Source: Candidatus Sedimenticola sp. (ex Thyasira tokunagai) (GTDB lineage Bacteria; Pseudomonadota; Gammaproteobacteria; Chromatiales; Chromatiaceae). Taken from it: a stretch of 64,000 nucleotides of DNA. The notes under the pieces are model-generated. The model made no database searches. It was not told the origin of the DNA and saw only the letters and a program-made list of their open reading frames with translations. Shown here one piece after another: positions 32,174 through 42,220 of this stretch; position 1 is the first letter of the stretch; every line of letters begins with the position of its first letter. The translations under genes were made by a program, and so were the position numbers. Location of the stretch: positions 184,598 through 248,597 of the forward strand of contig CP134874.1 in NCBI GenBank assembly GCA_037318855.1. The letters run 5' to 3'.

Positions 32174-33142
32174 TCAGCAGCCACAGCGTGGCAGCTTCGG
32201 TGTATTCAACTGCAGGCTGCCGGTGAGTTGCATGACAGACTGAAGCTGATGGCGCTCCAGGTAGTCATTGATTCCCTGATTAATTTTTGTACAGACCAGT
32301 GGGTCGTAGAAGAGAGCCGTACCCACGCCAACGGCACTGGCGCCGGCAATGATGAACTCAAGAGCATCCTCGGCACAGGTGACACCACCCTGACCAATGA
32401 TCGGAATGCCGTGGTCGCGGCACACCTGATAGACCTGGTGTACCTTTAGCAGGGCGACGGGCTTGATCGCAGGCCCCGAGAGCCCCCCCTGATTATTACC
32501 GATAATCGGTGAACGGCTGTCGATATCGATGGCCATACCCATCAGGGTGTTAATCACGGAAAAGGCATCACTGCCCGCCTCGATACACCCTTTGGCATTG
32601 GCGGCGATATCGGTCTGATTGGGAGAGAGCTTGGTGATCAGCGGCTTGTTGGTGGCGCGGCGACAGGCTTCGACCACTCGGGCGGACATTGCCGGGTCGT
32701 TACCGAAGGCAACTCCACCCTCCTTGACGTTTGGACAGGAGATATTGATCTCGATGGCGTCGATAGGCGAATCGTCAAAACGTCGTGTCACCTCCTCATA
32801 CTCCTCAACACTGGAGCCGGAGACATTGGCGATAAAGCGGGTCTCAGAAAAATCGAGAGAGGGGAGGATCTCCTCCACCACTTTGGTCACTCCCGGATTC
32901 TGCAGGCCGATGGCGTTGAGCATACCCTCCGGGGTCTCATAGACGCGGTGTGGCTGATTACCGAGGCGTGGCTCCAGGGTGGTGCCCTTGAGGCAGATGG
33001 CGCCGGCATCACGATTGGAAAAACCCTTTACTCGGGTATACTCTTCGCCGAAGCCGACGCAGCCGGAGAGCAGTACCAGCGGTGTGGCAAAATTGAGCCC
33101 GCAGAAGTCAACGGCGAGAGGTGAGTCAGTGGAAGTTGTCAT
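32174..33142 (-). CDS. pyrD: Dihydroorotate dehydrogenase, family 1
   Basis: NAIGLQNPG, EINISCPNV, GGLSGPAIKP. Confidence 0.93.
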   Translation of the reverse strand: MTTSTDSPLAVDFCGLNFATPLVLLSGCVGFGEEYTRVKGFSNRDAGAICLKGTTLEPRLGNQPHRVYETPEGMLNAIGLQNPGVTKVVEEILPSLDFSETRFIANVSGSSVEEYEEVTRRFDDSPIDAIEINISCPNVKEGGVAFGNDPAMSARVVEACRRATNKPLITKLSPNQTDIAANAKGCIEAGSDAFSVINTLMGMAIDIDSRSPIIGNNQGGLSGPAIKPVALLKVHQVYQVCRDHGIPIIGQGGVTCAEDALEFIIAGASAVGVGTALFYDPLVCTKINQGINDYLERHQLQSVMQLTGSLQLNTPKLPRCGC

Positions 33143-33159
33143 CGAGTGTTTCCATCATC

Positions 33160-33645
33160 ATGTTTAATGTTGTCCTGTATCAGCCAGAGATCCCGCCCAA
33201 TACCGGTAATATCATACGCCTCTGCGCCAACAGTGGCAGCACACTTCATCTAATCCACCCGCTTGGTTTTCAGCTGGAGGATAAGCAACTGCGCCGGGCC
33301 GGACTCGACTATCATGACCTTGCCTGTGTCAGGGAGCACCAAAGCCTGGAAGAGGTGACCGCTGAGGCGAAAGCTGGGCGTCTCTTTGCCTGCTCCACCC
33401 GCGGCGGCTGCAGTTATGCAGAGGTCGCCTATCAGCCGGGAGATCTTCTGCTGTTTGGCCCCGAAACACGAGGCTTGCCACAGGCGCTATTGGATAGCCT
33501 GCCGCCACAGCAGCGGATACGTATACCGATGACCGCGGGCAACCGTAGTCTCAATCTATCCAACGCCGTCGCAGTGGTGCTCTATGAAGCGTGGCGACAG
33601 CAGGGTTTTGCCGAAGCAACCACCCTCCCGAGGAAACGGTCTTAG
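33160..33645 (+). CDS. trmL: tRNA (cytidine/uridine-2'-O)-methyltransferase
   Basis: PEIPPNTGNIIR, RRAGLDY, FGPETRGLP, RSLNLSNAVAV; start ATG 33160. Confidence 0.95.
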   Translation: MFNVVLYQPEIPPNTGNIIRLCANSGSTLHLIHPLGFQLEDKQLRRAGLDYHDLACVREHQSLEEVTAEAKAGRLFACSTRGGCSYAEVAYQPGDLLLFGPETRGLPQALLDSLPPQQRIRIPMTAGNRSLNLSNAVAVVLYEAWRQQGFAEATTLPRKRS

Positions 33646-34649
33646 CCCGCTTCCGCTTTGATCTCACGGCCAAGCAGGGCGTGTACCGCCATATTTGGAT
33701 CGAGCCCCCGATATAGTACTTGGTAAATCTGCTCAGTGATCGGCATCTCCACCCCCAGCTGTCGTGCTTTATTGTAGATCTCCTGGGTGGTTCCTATACC
33801 CTCCACCTCCTGCCCAATCTCCGCTTTTGCCTGGTCGATGGTCAGACCGCGTGCGAGGGCCAGCCCCATGCGGCGGTTGCGTGACTGATTATCGGTACAA
33901 GTGAGCACCAGGTCGCCTATGCCACCAAGTCCCATAAAGGTCTCCGGCTTACCACCGAGGGTCAGTCCGAGACGGGTAATCTCCGCCAGGCCACGGGTGA
34001 TCAGTGCGGCGCGGGCGTTGGCGCCAAAGCCGAGGCCGTCAGCAATGCCGGCACCTATGGCCATCACGTTCTTGGCGGCGCCGCCGACCTCGAGGCCGAT
34101 GACGTCATCGCTGGTGTAGGTGCGAAAGGTCTCACAATGGAGCAGATCGGCGACTCGCTTGGCGTGATCGAGGGATGAGGAGGCAACGGTAACGGCGGTG
34201 GGCCGGCTGTCTGCAACTTCGCCCGCAAAACTGGGGCCGGAGATTACCGCCACCGGGCGTTCACCGAGAACCTCCGTCGCCACTTCATGGAGCAGTCGCC
34301 CACTTCGGGGATCGAGCCCCTTGGTTGCCCAGCAGAGGGAGGTACCGTCGGCCAGCAGGGGTTTGACATGGGTGAGTACGGCGCGGAAAGCGTGGCTGGG
34401 CACCACCACCAGCACCTCATCCGCCGCTGCCACCGCCGCAGTAAGGTCGGTTGTCGGGGTAAGGCCGGGAGGGAAGGGGCGGCCGGGGAGGAAGGTGCTG
34501 TTCTCCCCGTCTTCGAGAAGTTTGTCTATCTCCTCCGCGAGGTGCCCCCACAGCATGACCTTAGCCCCATTGCGGGCCAACAGCATAGCCAGGGCGGTAC
34601 CCCAGGAGCCGCAACCGAGTACAGCAACATTGGGTTGTGAGTCGCTCAT
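33642..34649 (-). CDS. gpsA: NAD(P)H-dependent glycerol-3-phosphate dehydrogenase
   Basis: GCGSWGTALA, GDLVLTCTDNQSRNRR. Confidence 0.97.
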   Translation of the reverse strand: MSDSQPNVAVLGCGSWGTALAMLLARNGAKVMLWGHLAEEIDKLLEDGENSTFLPGRPFPPGLTPTTDLTAAVAAADEVLVVVPSHAFRAVLTHVKPLLADGTSLCWATKGLDPRSGRLLHEVATEVLGERPVAVISGPSFAGEVADSRPTAVTVASSSLDHAKRVADLLHCETFRTYTSDDVIGLEVGGAAKNVMAIGAGIADGLGFGANARAALITRGLAEITRLGLTLGGKPETFMGLGGIGDLVLTCTDNQSRNRRMGLALARGLTIDQAKAEIGQEVEGIGTTQEIYNKARQLGVEMPITEQIYQVLYRGLDPNMAVHALLGREIKAEAG

Positions 34650-34683
34650 GACCTGATCAGAGGCTCCTTAACAGGCCCGGGTG

Positions 34684-35142
34684 TTAGGCGGGTTGCTCGT
34701 TACCGGCCTCTGCCTGCTGCATCTGCTGAGCATAAAGGGCCTCAAAATTGTATGGCTGTAGCAACAGCGGAGGAAAGCCTCCCTTGCCGATCAGCTCGGA
34801 GACGGTTTGACGCACGTAGGGGTAGATAATATTGGGGCAGTGGGCGCGGGTAAGAGGGCCCAGGTCCTGCTCATCGAAACCGCTCAAAAAGAAGATACCA
34901 GCTTGCTTCACCTCGACCAGATAGGCGGTCTTGTCGCCCACCTTAGTGGTGATGGTGGCTGTGAGCACCACCTCTTTGTGTTGCTCATCCAGGGCATTCA
35001 CTTCAGTATTGAAGTTGACCGAGGTCTCGGGATTGGCTTCAGCCATCTGAGTGAAAATGTGGGGTGAGTTTGGGGTCTCGAAAGAGACATCCTTGAGGTA
35101 GAGGTGCTGCAGGTTGAACTGTGGCTGGTTATTTTCACTCAT
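34684..35142 (-). CDS. secB: Protein export chaperone SecB
   Basis: YLKDVSFETP, CPNIIYPYVR, NFEALY. Confidence 0.96.
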   Translation of the reverse strand: MSENNQPQFNLQHLYLKDVSFETPNSPHIFTQMAEANPETSVNFNTEVNALDEQHKEVVLTATITTKVGDKTAYLVEVKQAGIFFLSGFDEQDLGPLTRAHCPNIIYPYVRQTVSELIGKGGFPPLLLQPYNFEALYAQQMQQAEAGNEQPA

Positions 35143-35201
35143 GATGGCGCTCTCGATTATCTGGTTTGCCCCGGATTCTCGAGGCGTTGGAAGTTAGTGG
35201 G

Positions 35202-35624
35202 CTACTTTTTGCGGCTTATCGGCAGGTTGGCGCTGCTCCACGCCATCATACCGCCTTTCAGGTTGTAGACACTTTCAAAGCCGGCGCTGCTGAGCTGCTT
35301 GCAGGCCGCAGCGGACTGGGAACCGGAGCGGCAGGCAACAATTACCGGCTTCTGTTTCTGCTTCTCAAGTTGCCCCAGCTGATTTTTCAGGCTGCCGAGA
35401 GGGATATTCAGAGCACCGATGACATGGCCTTGGCTGAAATCGTTGATTGGCCGTACGTCCACGACTACCGCATCTTCGCGGTTGATCATTTCCGTAGCCG
35501 CAATGGGCTCGACGTTGTTCTTGGCCCCGCCGGTGAGCAGGTTTTGGATCAACAGGGCGCTTATCGCCGCCAGTGAAGCGAAGAGCATCCACTCCTGCTT
35601 GATGAATTCAATATAGAGTTCCAT
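35202..35624 (-). CDS. Rhodanese-like protein (YibN-type)
   Basis: DVRPINDFSQGHV, CRSGSQS active-site loop, LKGGMMAW. Confidence 0.9.
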   Translation of the reverse strand: MELYIEFIKQEWMLFASLAAISALLIQNLLTGGAKNNVEPIAATEMINREDAVVVDVRPINDFSQGHVIGALNIPLGSLKNQLGQLEKQKQKPVIVACRSGSQSAAACKQLSSAGFESVYNLKGGMMAWSSANLPISRKK

Positions 35625-35869
35625 AGATTGTTTGTATCTGTTTTCTTAAAGATTCAAAGAGCTGAACAGAGTTTACTCAAGCTTAAATCATCCACCATCC
35701 CAGCCTACGCCGGAATCACGATGTGTATATTAAAATTGGGTGTATTTCGCTTAAGCAATTGCCATTCGGTAAAGGGCTATTCTACCCTAGCCGATGAAAA
35801 ACAGAACGGGAAACTTCTGTTTCTCGTTATCTGATACCGATTCAGAGCTCGTAGTGCAGGAGTTATCGG

Positions 35870-36217
35870 CTAATGGGTACAGAAAACATTGCGCATCATT
35901 CCGATCAGCTGCAGGGTGCGTGAGTCGCTAACTCGGTAGAAGACGCGGTTGGCATCTTTTCTGGAAGCGAGAATACCCTTGTCACGTAGTATGGCAAGGT
36001 GCTGAGAGATATTGCTCTGAGAGGTGCCTACCTGCTCGACGATCTCCTGTACGCTCACCTCCTGATCACCTAGAGTACAGAGGATCTTCAATCGCAGGGG
36101 GTGTGACATCGCCTTGAGCGAGCGGGAAGCGCGCTCGATATCATTGTCATCCACCATCAGATTAAAATCACCAGCCTCCAAAACAGGCATTTTCGGAGTT
36201 CCGAACTTGTTTTCCAT
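35870..36217 (-). CDS. ArsR/SmtB regulator, BigR/SqrR-like
   Basis: KAMSHPLRLKILC, SQSNISQHLAILR, C-terminal VFC. Confidence 0.88.
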   Translation of the reverse strand: MENKFGTPKMPVLEAGDFNLMVDDNDIERASRSLKAMSHPLRLKILCTLGDQEVSVQEIVEQVGTSQSNISQHLAILRDKGILASRKDANRVFYRVSDSRTLQLIGMMRNVFCTH

Positions 36218-36503
36218 GTGGCATGGCCTTGGTTATTGCGGCTGTACGTGGCGGCGGCTGGCCACCGAATATTAGCGTACAACTGCTTTTTAATACTGTA
36301 ATAATCTGTTTTACTTAAATTTTGTACGTTTATCAATCCCCTGAACCATATAATCCTTAATACATAATTTTTTATAGGTGGTTAATAGATAAACTTTACA
36401 TACAATATTGATATTTTTTCAATGAGTTAGCCCGTTTTTACGCTAGAATACGGCACAGATTTTAATTATTAGAAAACTGACCCTGCAGGAGCCAACAGAG
36501 CCG

Positions 36504-38066
36504 ATGTCTACCGCTAGAATAAAACCCGCTGTGCTGCTGATACTCGATGGCTGGGGATACAGTGAGGAAGATCGTTTCAATGCAATCAGGGGAGCAGGCA
36601 CCCCCGTCTGGGAGCAGTTGTGGAACGAATATCCCCATACCCTGATTCGTACCTCGGGCGCCGAAGTAGGTTTACCTACCGGACAGATGGGTAATTCTGA
36701 AGTGGGGCATCTCAATATGGGTGCAGGGCGTGTGGTTCACCAGGAGTTTACCCGCGTCAGTCAGGCGGTGCAGACGAGCTCATTTTTTACTAATCCCGCC
36801 CTCACCGGCGCCGTTGATGTTGCGGTGGAGGGTGGCAAGGCAGTGCATATTCTCGGCCTGCTCTCACCGGGGGGGGTGCACAGCCATGAAGAGCATATTC
36901 ATGCCATGGTCAAACTGGCGGTGGAGCGTGGCGCCGGGCAGGTCTACGTTCATGCCTTTCTTGATGGGCGCGACATGCCACCGAAGAGCGCCGCCCCCTC
37001 TCTGGAGTTGATGGAGCAGAAGTTTGAAGAGATTGGTGGTGGGCGTATCGCCGGTATCGTCGGTCGCTTCTACGCTATGGACCGCGACAATCGCTGGGAG
37101 CGCGTGGAAGAGGCATACAATCTGTTAACTCTGGGAGAGAGCGAATACCAGGCGGAGAGCGCCGCGACCGCCCTGCAGATGGCTTATGATCGCGATGAGA
37201 GTGATGAGTTTGTAAAGGCGACAACGATTTGCCCGGCGGGAAGCCCCCCGGTGAAGGTAGAGGATGGAGATGCGGTAGTATTTCTTAATTATCGCTCCGA
37301 CCGGGTGCGTGAACTTACCCGCACTTTTATCGAAGCTGATTTTGATGGTTTTCAGCGTAAAGCGGTACGTCAGCTGAGCCGTGTCGTCAGCCTGACCTCA
37401 TACAATGAGACATTTGATATTCCCGTCGCCTTTCCTCCTGAACAGTTGGAAAATGTCTTGGGCGAGTACTTATCAAAGCTTGGCCTGCAGCAGTTACGGC
37501 TTGCCGAAACCGAGAAGTATGCGCATGTCACCTTTTTCTTTAATGGTGGAAGAGAGGAGCCCTTTGAGGGAGAGGATCGCATTCTGGTGCCTTCGCCCAA
37601 GGTAGCCACCTATGACCTGCAACCGGAGATGAGTGCGCTGGAGGTGACGGAGAAGCTGGAGGAGGCGATCGAGAGTGGTCGCTATGATGCCATCATCTGC
37701 AACTATGCAAACTCCGATATGGTGGGTCATACAGGTGACTACCAGGCAGCGGTACAGGCAATTGAGACTATCGACCAGTGTCTTGGCCGCGTTATCGCCG
37801 CACTCCACCGTGCCGGAGGAGAGCTGTTGGTGACGGCGGATCACGGCAACGCCGAGCTGATGCGGGATGAGAAGAGCAACCAGCCCCATACCGCACATAC
37901 TGAAAATCCGGTACCCATGGTCTACGTTGGCAGAAGCGCCAAGCTGATGGAGGAGGGCGCATTGTGTGATATCGCTCCCAGTCTGTTGTATATCATGGGT
38001 CTGGAGATACCATCAGAGATGCTTGGCCGCACGCTGATACAGTTTTCTACCGGGGATAGCGGTTGA
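36504..38066 (+). CDS. gpmI: 2,3-bisphosphoglycerate-independent phosphoglycerate mutase
   Basis: [29 protein letters not shown]. Confidence 0.97.
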   Translation: MSTARIKPAVLLILDGWGYSEEDRFNAIRGAGTPVWEQLWNEYPHTLIRTSGAEVGLPTGQMGNSEVGHLNMGAGRVVHQEFTRVSQAVQTSSFFTNPALTGAVDVAVEGGKAVHILGLLSPGGVHSHEEHIHAMVKLAVERGAGQVYVHAFLDGRDMPPKSAAPSLELMEQKFEEIGGGRIAGIVGRFYAMDRDNRWERVEEAYNLLTLGESEYQAESAATALQMAYDRDESDEFVKATTICPAGSPPVKVEDGDAVVFLNYRSDRVRELTRTFIEADFDGFQRKAVRQLSRVVSLTSYNETFDIPVAFPPEQLENVLGEYLSKLGLQQLRLAETEKYAHVTFFFNGGREEPFEGEDRILVPSPKVATYDLQPEMSALEVTEKLEEAIESGRYDAIICNYANSDMVGHTGDYQAAVQAIETIDQCLGRVIAALHRAGGELLVTADHGNAELMRDEKSNQPHTAHTENPVPMVYVGRSAKLMEEGALCDIAPSLLYIMGLEIPSEMLGRTLIQFSTGDSG

Positions 38067-38308
38067 ACCTAGAATCCTCAGTTGACCGCTCCATTCTACG
38101 GGCAAGGCATTGATTGTAATTGCATTGACTGCGATTACCTATTTCACCCTCGGGGTGAATTACGCTACAGGGTGGATAGCACACTTGTGGCGGTGCATTA
38201 CGGCGTTACAACTCCTTGGAATAGAACAACTATTCCGCGTCGTTGTGCCTTGTACTGCACCACCGCAAGTGCACTCTCCACCCTGCCCAACTGAGGATTC
38301 TAGGTTGA
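38064..38308 (+). mobile_element. MITE-like element, copy 2 (245 bp)
   Basis: Same terminal IRs as 30010-30254; fills the gpmI-envC gap. Confidence 0.85.
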
Positions 38309-39582
38309 TTGGGCGCTATTTTCGCCGGCTGGACCGCCGGGGGCTGCTTCTGCTCTCCCTCTCCTTGTCCCTGTCGCTGCAGGTTCCGGCACAGGCCGAA
38401 GAGCCGAGCCTTAGCCGGAAAGGCAGTGAGCTGAAGCAGCTGCGTGAGCAGATCAGTGACTTGCAACACACGCTTAACGAGCGTGAAGACGAACAGCAGA
38501 AGCTGCAGGCGGAACTGCAGGTGTCAGAGCGCCAGATTGGAGAGGCGGCCCGTCGTCTGCGGGTGCTGGGTGGCAGTCTGGAGCGTCAGCGTCAGCGCAT
38601 TGGCCAACTGCAGGTGGAGCAGCGACGGCAGCAGGACGAGTTGGTGGGCCATCAGCGAGTTCTTGCCGGTCAAGTGAGGGCGGCTTATGCCATGGGTCGG
38701 CAGGAGCGGCTGAAAATCCTTCTCAATCAGCAGGATCCGGCAGTGGTCAGCCGCATGCTTGTATACTACGATTACTTCAACCGTACCCGTACAGAGCGGA
38801 TGAAGCAGATCGAAGAGATGCTGGAGACCCTGCACAAGACCGAGCTTGCACTTACTCTGGAGGAGCAGCGGCTGGTCGAACTGCAGAGTAGTGAAATAGA
38901 GGCCAAGCGGCAGCTGGATCTGGCCCAGGGGGAGCGGCGCCGGGTAGTGGCGGCACTGAACCAGGACCTTCGCAGCAAGGGGCAGCGGCTGAAGGGGTTA
39001 CAACAGGATGAAACGCAGCTTCAGAATCTGCTGTCGAAGTTGCAGGAAGAGTTGATTGCACAGCCCCTTGGAAAGCTTGATCGCAAGCTTTTTAAGCGCC
39101 GCAAGGGTAAGCTCAATTGGCCGTCAAGGGGCCGTTTGACGGCCAAATTTGGTACCGCCCGGGCGGGTAATCTGACCTGGGATGGTGTTGTGATCTCCGC
39201 TCCTGAAGGGAGAGAGGTGAGAGCAATTCACCATGGCCGCGTTGCCTTTGCCGACTGGCTGCGTGGTTTTGGGTTGCTGCTGATTATTGATCATGGCGAC
39301 GGATATATGAGCCTCTACGGACATAACCAGAGTCTCTTCAAGGAGACCGGTGAGTGGGTTGAGGCGGGAGAGCCGGTGGCGCTGGTAGGTAGCAGTGGCG
39401 GCCAGAATAACCCTGGTGTCTACTTTGGCATTCGCTACAAGGGTCGGCCGGTCAACCCCAAGATTTGGTGTCGGCGTTCAAGAAACAACAGGGTAGGCGG
39501 CCTGATTAATCCCGCCGACCAAGACTACCCCGGGGCTGTATTGGAGGTAGTGATGAAGATGGCGGTTGAGAACAAAGTATGA
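38305..39582 (+). CDS. envC: Murein hydrolase activator EnvC (coiled coil + M23)
   Basis: M23 domain GLLLIIDHGDGYMSLYGHNQ; probable TTG start 38305 (track ORF from 38110 reads through the MITE). Confidence 0.88.
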   Translation: MIGRYFRRLDRRGLLLLSLSLSLSLQVPAQAEEPSLSRKGSELKQLREQISDLQHTLNEREDEQQKLQAELQVSERQIGEAARRLRVLGGSLERQRQRIGQLQVEQRRQQDELVGHQRVLAGQVRAAYAMGRQERLKILLNQQDPAVVSRMLVYYDYFNRTRTERMKQIEEMLETLHKTELALTLEEQRLVELQSSEIEAKRQLDLAQGERRRVVAALNQDLRSKGQRLKGLQQDETQLQNLLSKLQEELIAQPLGKLDRKLFKRRKGKLNWPSRGRLTAKFGTARAGNLTWDGVVISAPEGREVRAIHHGRVAFADWLRGFGLLLIIDHGDGYMSLYGHNQSLFKETGEWVEAGEPVALVGSSGGQNNPGVYFGIRYKGRPVNPKIWCRRSRNNRVGGLINPADQDYPGAVLEVVMKMAVENKV

Positions 39583-40889
39583 AGCATAAGCTTGGCTTGT
39601 CGTTAACACTCTCTTTGGGGATCGCTGTTTGCGGTGCCCTCTCTTTTAGTACTCGGGCAGAGGCCCAGGCTGAACCGTTACCGGTGCAGGAGCTACGGGC
39701 TTTTGCTGAGATTTTTGGCCGCGTTAAGCAGGACTATGTTGAGCCGGTTGAGGATCGAAAGCTGCTCGAGGATGCGATTCGCGGCATGCTCTCCGGCCTC
39801 GACCCCCACTCCTCCTACTTGGGAAAAGAGGAGTACAAAGAGCTTAAAGTCGGCACTCAGGGCGAGTTTGGCGGCCTCGGTATCGAAGTTGGGATGGAGG
39901 ATGGTTTTATCCGCGTTATCTCCCCTATCGATGATACTCCGGCTCAACGTGCCGGCATTCAGGCCGGGGATCTGATCATTCGCCTTGATGAGAAGCCGGT
40001 AAAAGGGATGAGCCTGGATGAGGCGATCAACGAGATGCGGGGTGAGCCCGGCACTGAACTGAAGCTCACCATTATTCGCGAGGGTAAAGAGAAGCCGGTC
40101 AAACTCACCATTGTCCGCGCCATTATTAAGGTTGCGAGTGTCAAGGGACGGGTGCTGGAAGAGGGCTACGGCTATCTTCGTATCTCCCATTTTCAGTCAC
40201 GCACCACCGAGGATATGCTGAAGCGACTCAGTGAATTGAAGGCGGAGTCGGAAGAGGATCTGCGTGGCATGGTGCTCGATCTGCGTAACAACCCGGGGGG
40301 CATACTCAGTGGTGCGGTGTCGGTGAGTGACGCCTTTCTTACCGACGGGGTGATTGTCTACACCCAGGGACGTGAAGAGACGTCACGGATGGACTTCAAC
40401 GCCGCCCCTGATGATGTACTCGAAGGGCTGCCGATAGTGGTACTGGTCAATGGCGGCTCCGCTTCCGCTTCCGAGATTGTTGCCGGGGCGCTGCAGGACC
40501 ATAAGCGGGCGATCATTATGGGCAGCAAGACCTTCGGCAAGGGGTCGGTACAGACCATTGTTCCGATCACTGAAGATACGGCGGTCAAACTGACCACCGC
40601 CCGTTACTTCACACCGAACGGCCGCTCCATCCAGGCTGAAGGGATCAAGCCCGATATTGAGATAGAGAATATCAAGGTGGCTGAGACCGACGATGCTGAT
40701 GAGAGCCAGGTAAAAGAGTCTGACCTGAACAGGCATCTGGCCAACGGTAACGGCAAGAAAGCGGTCGAGGATAAGGAGGGCGAAGCAAAAAAAGGGGGAG
40801 AGGAAAAGAGTCTGGTGCAGAAAGACTTTATTCTTAACGAGGCGCTGAACCTGCTGAAAGGACTTTATATTCTTAGAGGGCAGGGCTGA
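39579..40889 (+). CDS. ctpA: Carboxy-terminal processing protease (S41)
   Basis: PDZ domain, DLRNNPGG, SASASEIVAGALQD, FGKGSVQ. Confidence 0.93.
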   Translation: MKHKLGLSLTLSLGIAVCGALSFSTRAEAQAEPLPVQELRAFAEIFGRVKQDYVEPVEDRKLLEDAIRGMLSGLDPHSSYLGKEEYKELKVGTQGEFGGLGIEVGMEDGFIRVISPIDDTPAQRAGIQAGDLIIRLDEKPVKGMSLDEAINEMRGEPGTELKLTIIREGKEKPVKLTIVRAIIKVASVKGRVLEEGYGYLRISHFQSRTTEDMLKRLSELKAESEEDLRGMVLDLRNNPGGILSGAVSVSDAFLTDGVIVYTQGREETSRMDFNAAPDDVLEGLPIVVLVNGGSASASEIVAGALQDHKRAIIMGSKTFGKGSVQTIVPITEDTAVKLTTARYFTPNGRSIQAEGIKPDIEIENIKVAETDDADESQVKESDLNRHLANGNGKKAVEDKEGEAKKGGEEKSLVQKDFILNEALNLLKGLYILRGQG

Positions 40890-41753
40890 ATGAGGTGGCC
40901 GCTGTCAGCCATGAGAAGCGTCGCAGCAGGCCTGCTCCTGTTGCCGATGCTGCTGTTTCCCCCCCTCTCTGAGGCCGAGGAGCTACCAGCCATCACCATT
41001 ATAATTGACGATATGGGTAACCATGAGGGTTGGGGGATTGGTGCGCTGGATATGCCGGGTTCGGTTACCTACGCTTTTTTACCCCATACCCAATATGCCC
41101 GCAGCCTCGCAGAAAAGGCTCATCTGGCCGGTAAGGAGGTGATGCTTCATCTGCCGATGGAGTCTCACAGCGGCAACCGTCTGGGTCCCGGTGGGCTTAC
41201 CCTGCATATGACAGAGAAGAGATTTCAGCACACCTTGGCGGAAGATATCGCGTCTATTCCCCATGTTAAAGGGGTGAACAACCATATGGGCAGTCTGCTG
41301 ACACAGCACCCGGGGGCGATGGGATGGCTGATGCAGGGGCTGGGAGCTCACGGTGAGCTCTTTTTCATCGACAGTAGAACCTCCGAGCAAACCGTTGCCA
41401 GGCAGCTGGCGGAAGAGCACCGGATACCCAATACCCGGCGTGATGTCTTCCTCGATAATAACCGTGACCCGGCGGCGATTCGCGCCCAGTTCAGACAACT
41501 TATCAAGCAGGCAAAGCGTAGCGGCTATGCTGTAGGCATAGGTCACCCCTACCCGGAGACCGCTCAGGCGTTAAAGCAGCTACTTGCAGAGACCGCCTCA
41601 CTGGGTGTCAGGTTGATCCCTGCATCCGAGATGATCAATGCTCAAGGGAGGAATAAACCGTGGCAAGAACCCTCATCCCCCTCGCTCAAGGTTGCGAAGA
41701 ACTCGAAGCAGTCACCCTCATCGACCTGCTGCGACGAGCCGGTATTGAAGTAG
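40890..41753 (+). CDS. Divergent polysaccharide deacetylase family protein (YibQ-like)
   Basis: IIIDDMG, LHLPME, NNHMGS, AVGIGHP. Confidence 0.9.
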   Translation: MRWPLSAMRSVAAGLLLLPMLLFPPLSEAEELPAITIIIDDMGNHEGWGIGALDMPGSVTYAFLPHTQYARSLAEKAHLAGKEVMLHLPMESHSGNRLGPGGLTLHMTEKRFQHTLAEDIASIPHVKGVNNHMGSLLTQHPGAMGWLMQGLGAHGELFFIDSRTSEQTVARQLAEEHRIPNTRRDVFLDNNRDPAAIRAQFRQLIKQAKRSGYAVGIGHPYPETAQALKQLLAETASLGVRLIPASEMINAQGRNKPWQEPSSPSLKVAKNSKQSPSSTCCDEPVLK

Positions 41754-42199
41754 TAACCGCGGGCCTGATGGAAGGGCCGGTAGTAGCCAGCCGCGGCGTC
41801 ACCCTGATACCGGACACCAGCTTGGCAGAGGTCCTCGATCAACCTTTCGATATGATCATCCTCCCCGGTGGCTTGCCGGGCTCCGACTATCTCGACCGTG
41901 ACCCCCGTATTCATGAGCTGCTGGAACGCAGCAACTACGTTGCCGCCATCTGTGCGGCTCCCAAGGTGCTGGCCCGATCCGGCCTACTGAAGGGGCGTCG
42001 CGCCACCAGCTATCCCGGTATTCTCGACGGTATGAATCTGCCCCAGGTGGAGGTGGATCTGAAATCGGCGGTGATTCGTGACGGCAATGTGATTACCTCC
42101 CGTGGTCCGGGCACCGCTATGGACTTTGCACTGGAGCTGATCGAAGTGCTGGTGGGGCGGGAGAAACGGGATGAGGTGGAAGCGGGATTGATGCGGTAA
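41660..42199 (+). CDS. DJ-1/ThiJ (YajL-like) protein
   Basis: GCEELEAV, LPGGLPG, AAICAAP, SRGPGTAMDFAL. Confidence 0.9.
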   Translation: MARTLIPLAQGCEELEAVTLIDLLRRAGIEVVTAGLMEGPVVASRGVTLIPDTSLAEVLDQPFDMIILPGGLPGSDYLDRDPRIHELLERSNYVAAICAAPKVLARSGLLKGRRATSYPGILDGMNLPQVEVDLKSAVIRDGNVITSRGPGTAMDFALELIEVLVGREKRDEVEAGLMR

Positions 42200-42220
42200 G
42201 AACTTAAAAGGGTACTGACC

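Noticed and set aside
38110-38304. 65-aa N-terminal extension of EnvC
   Set aside because: It lies wholly within the MITE-like element and would bury the signal/TM segment; treated as fortuitous read-through.
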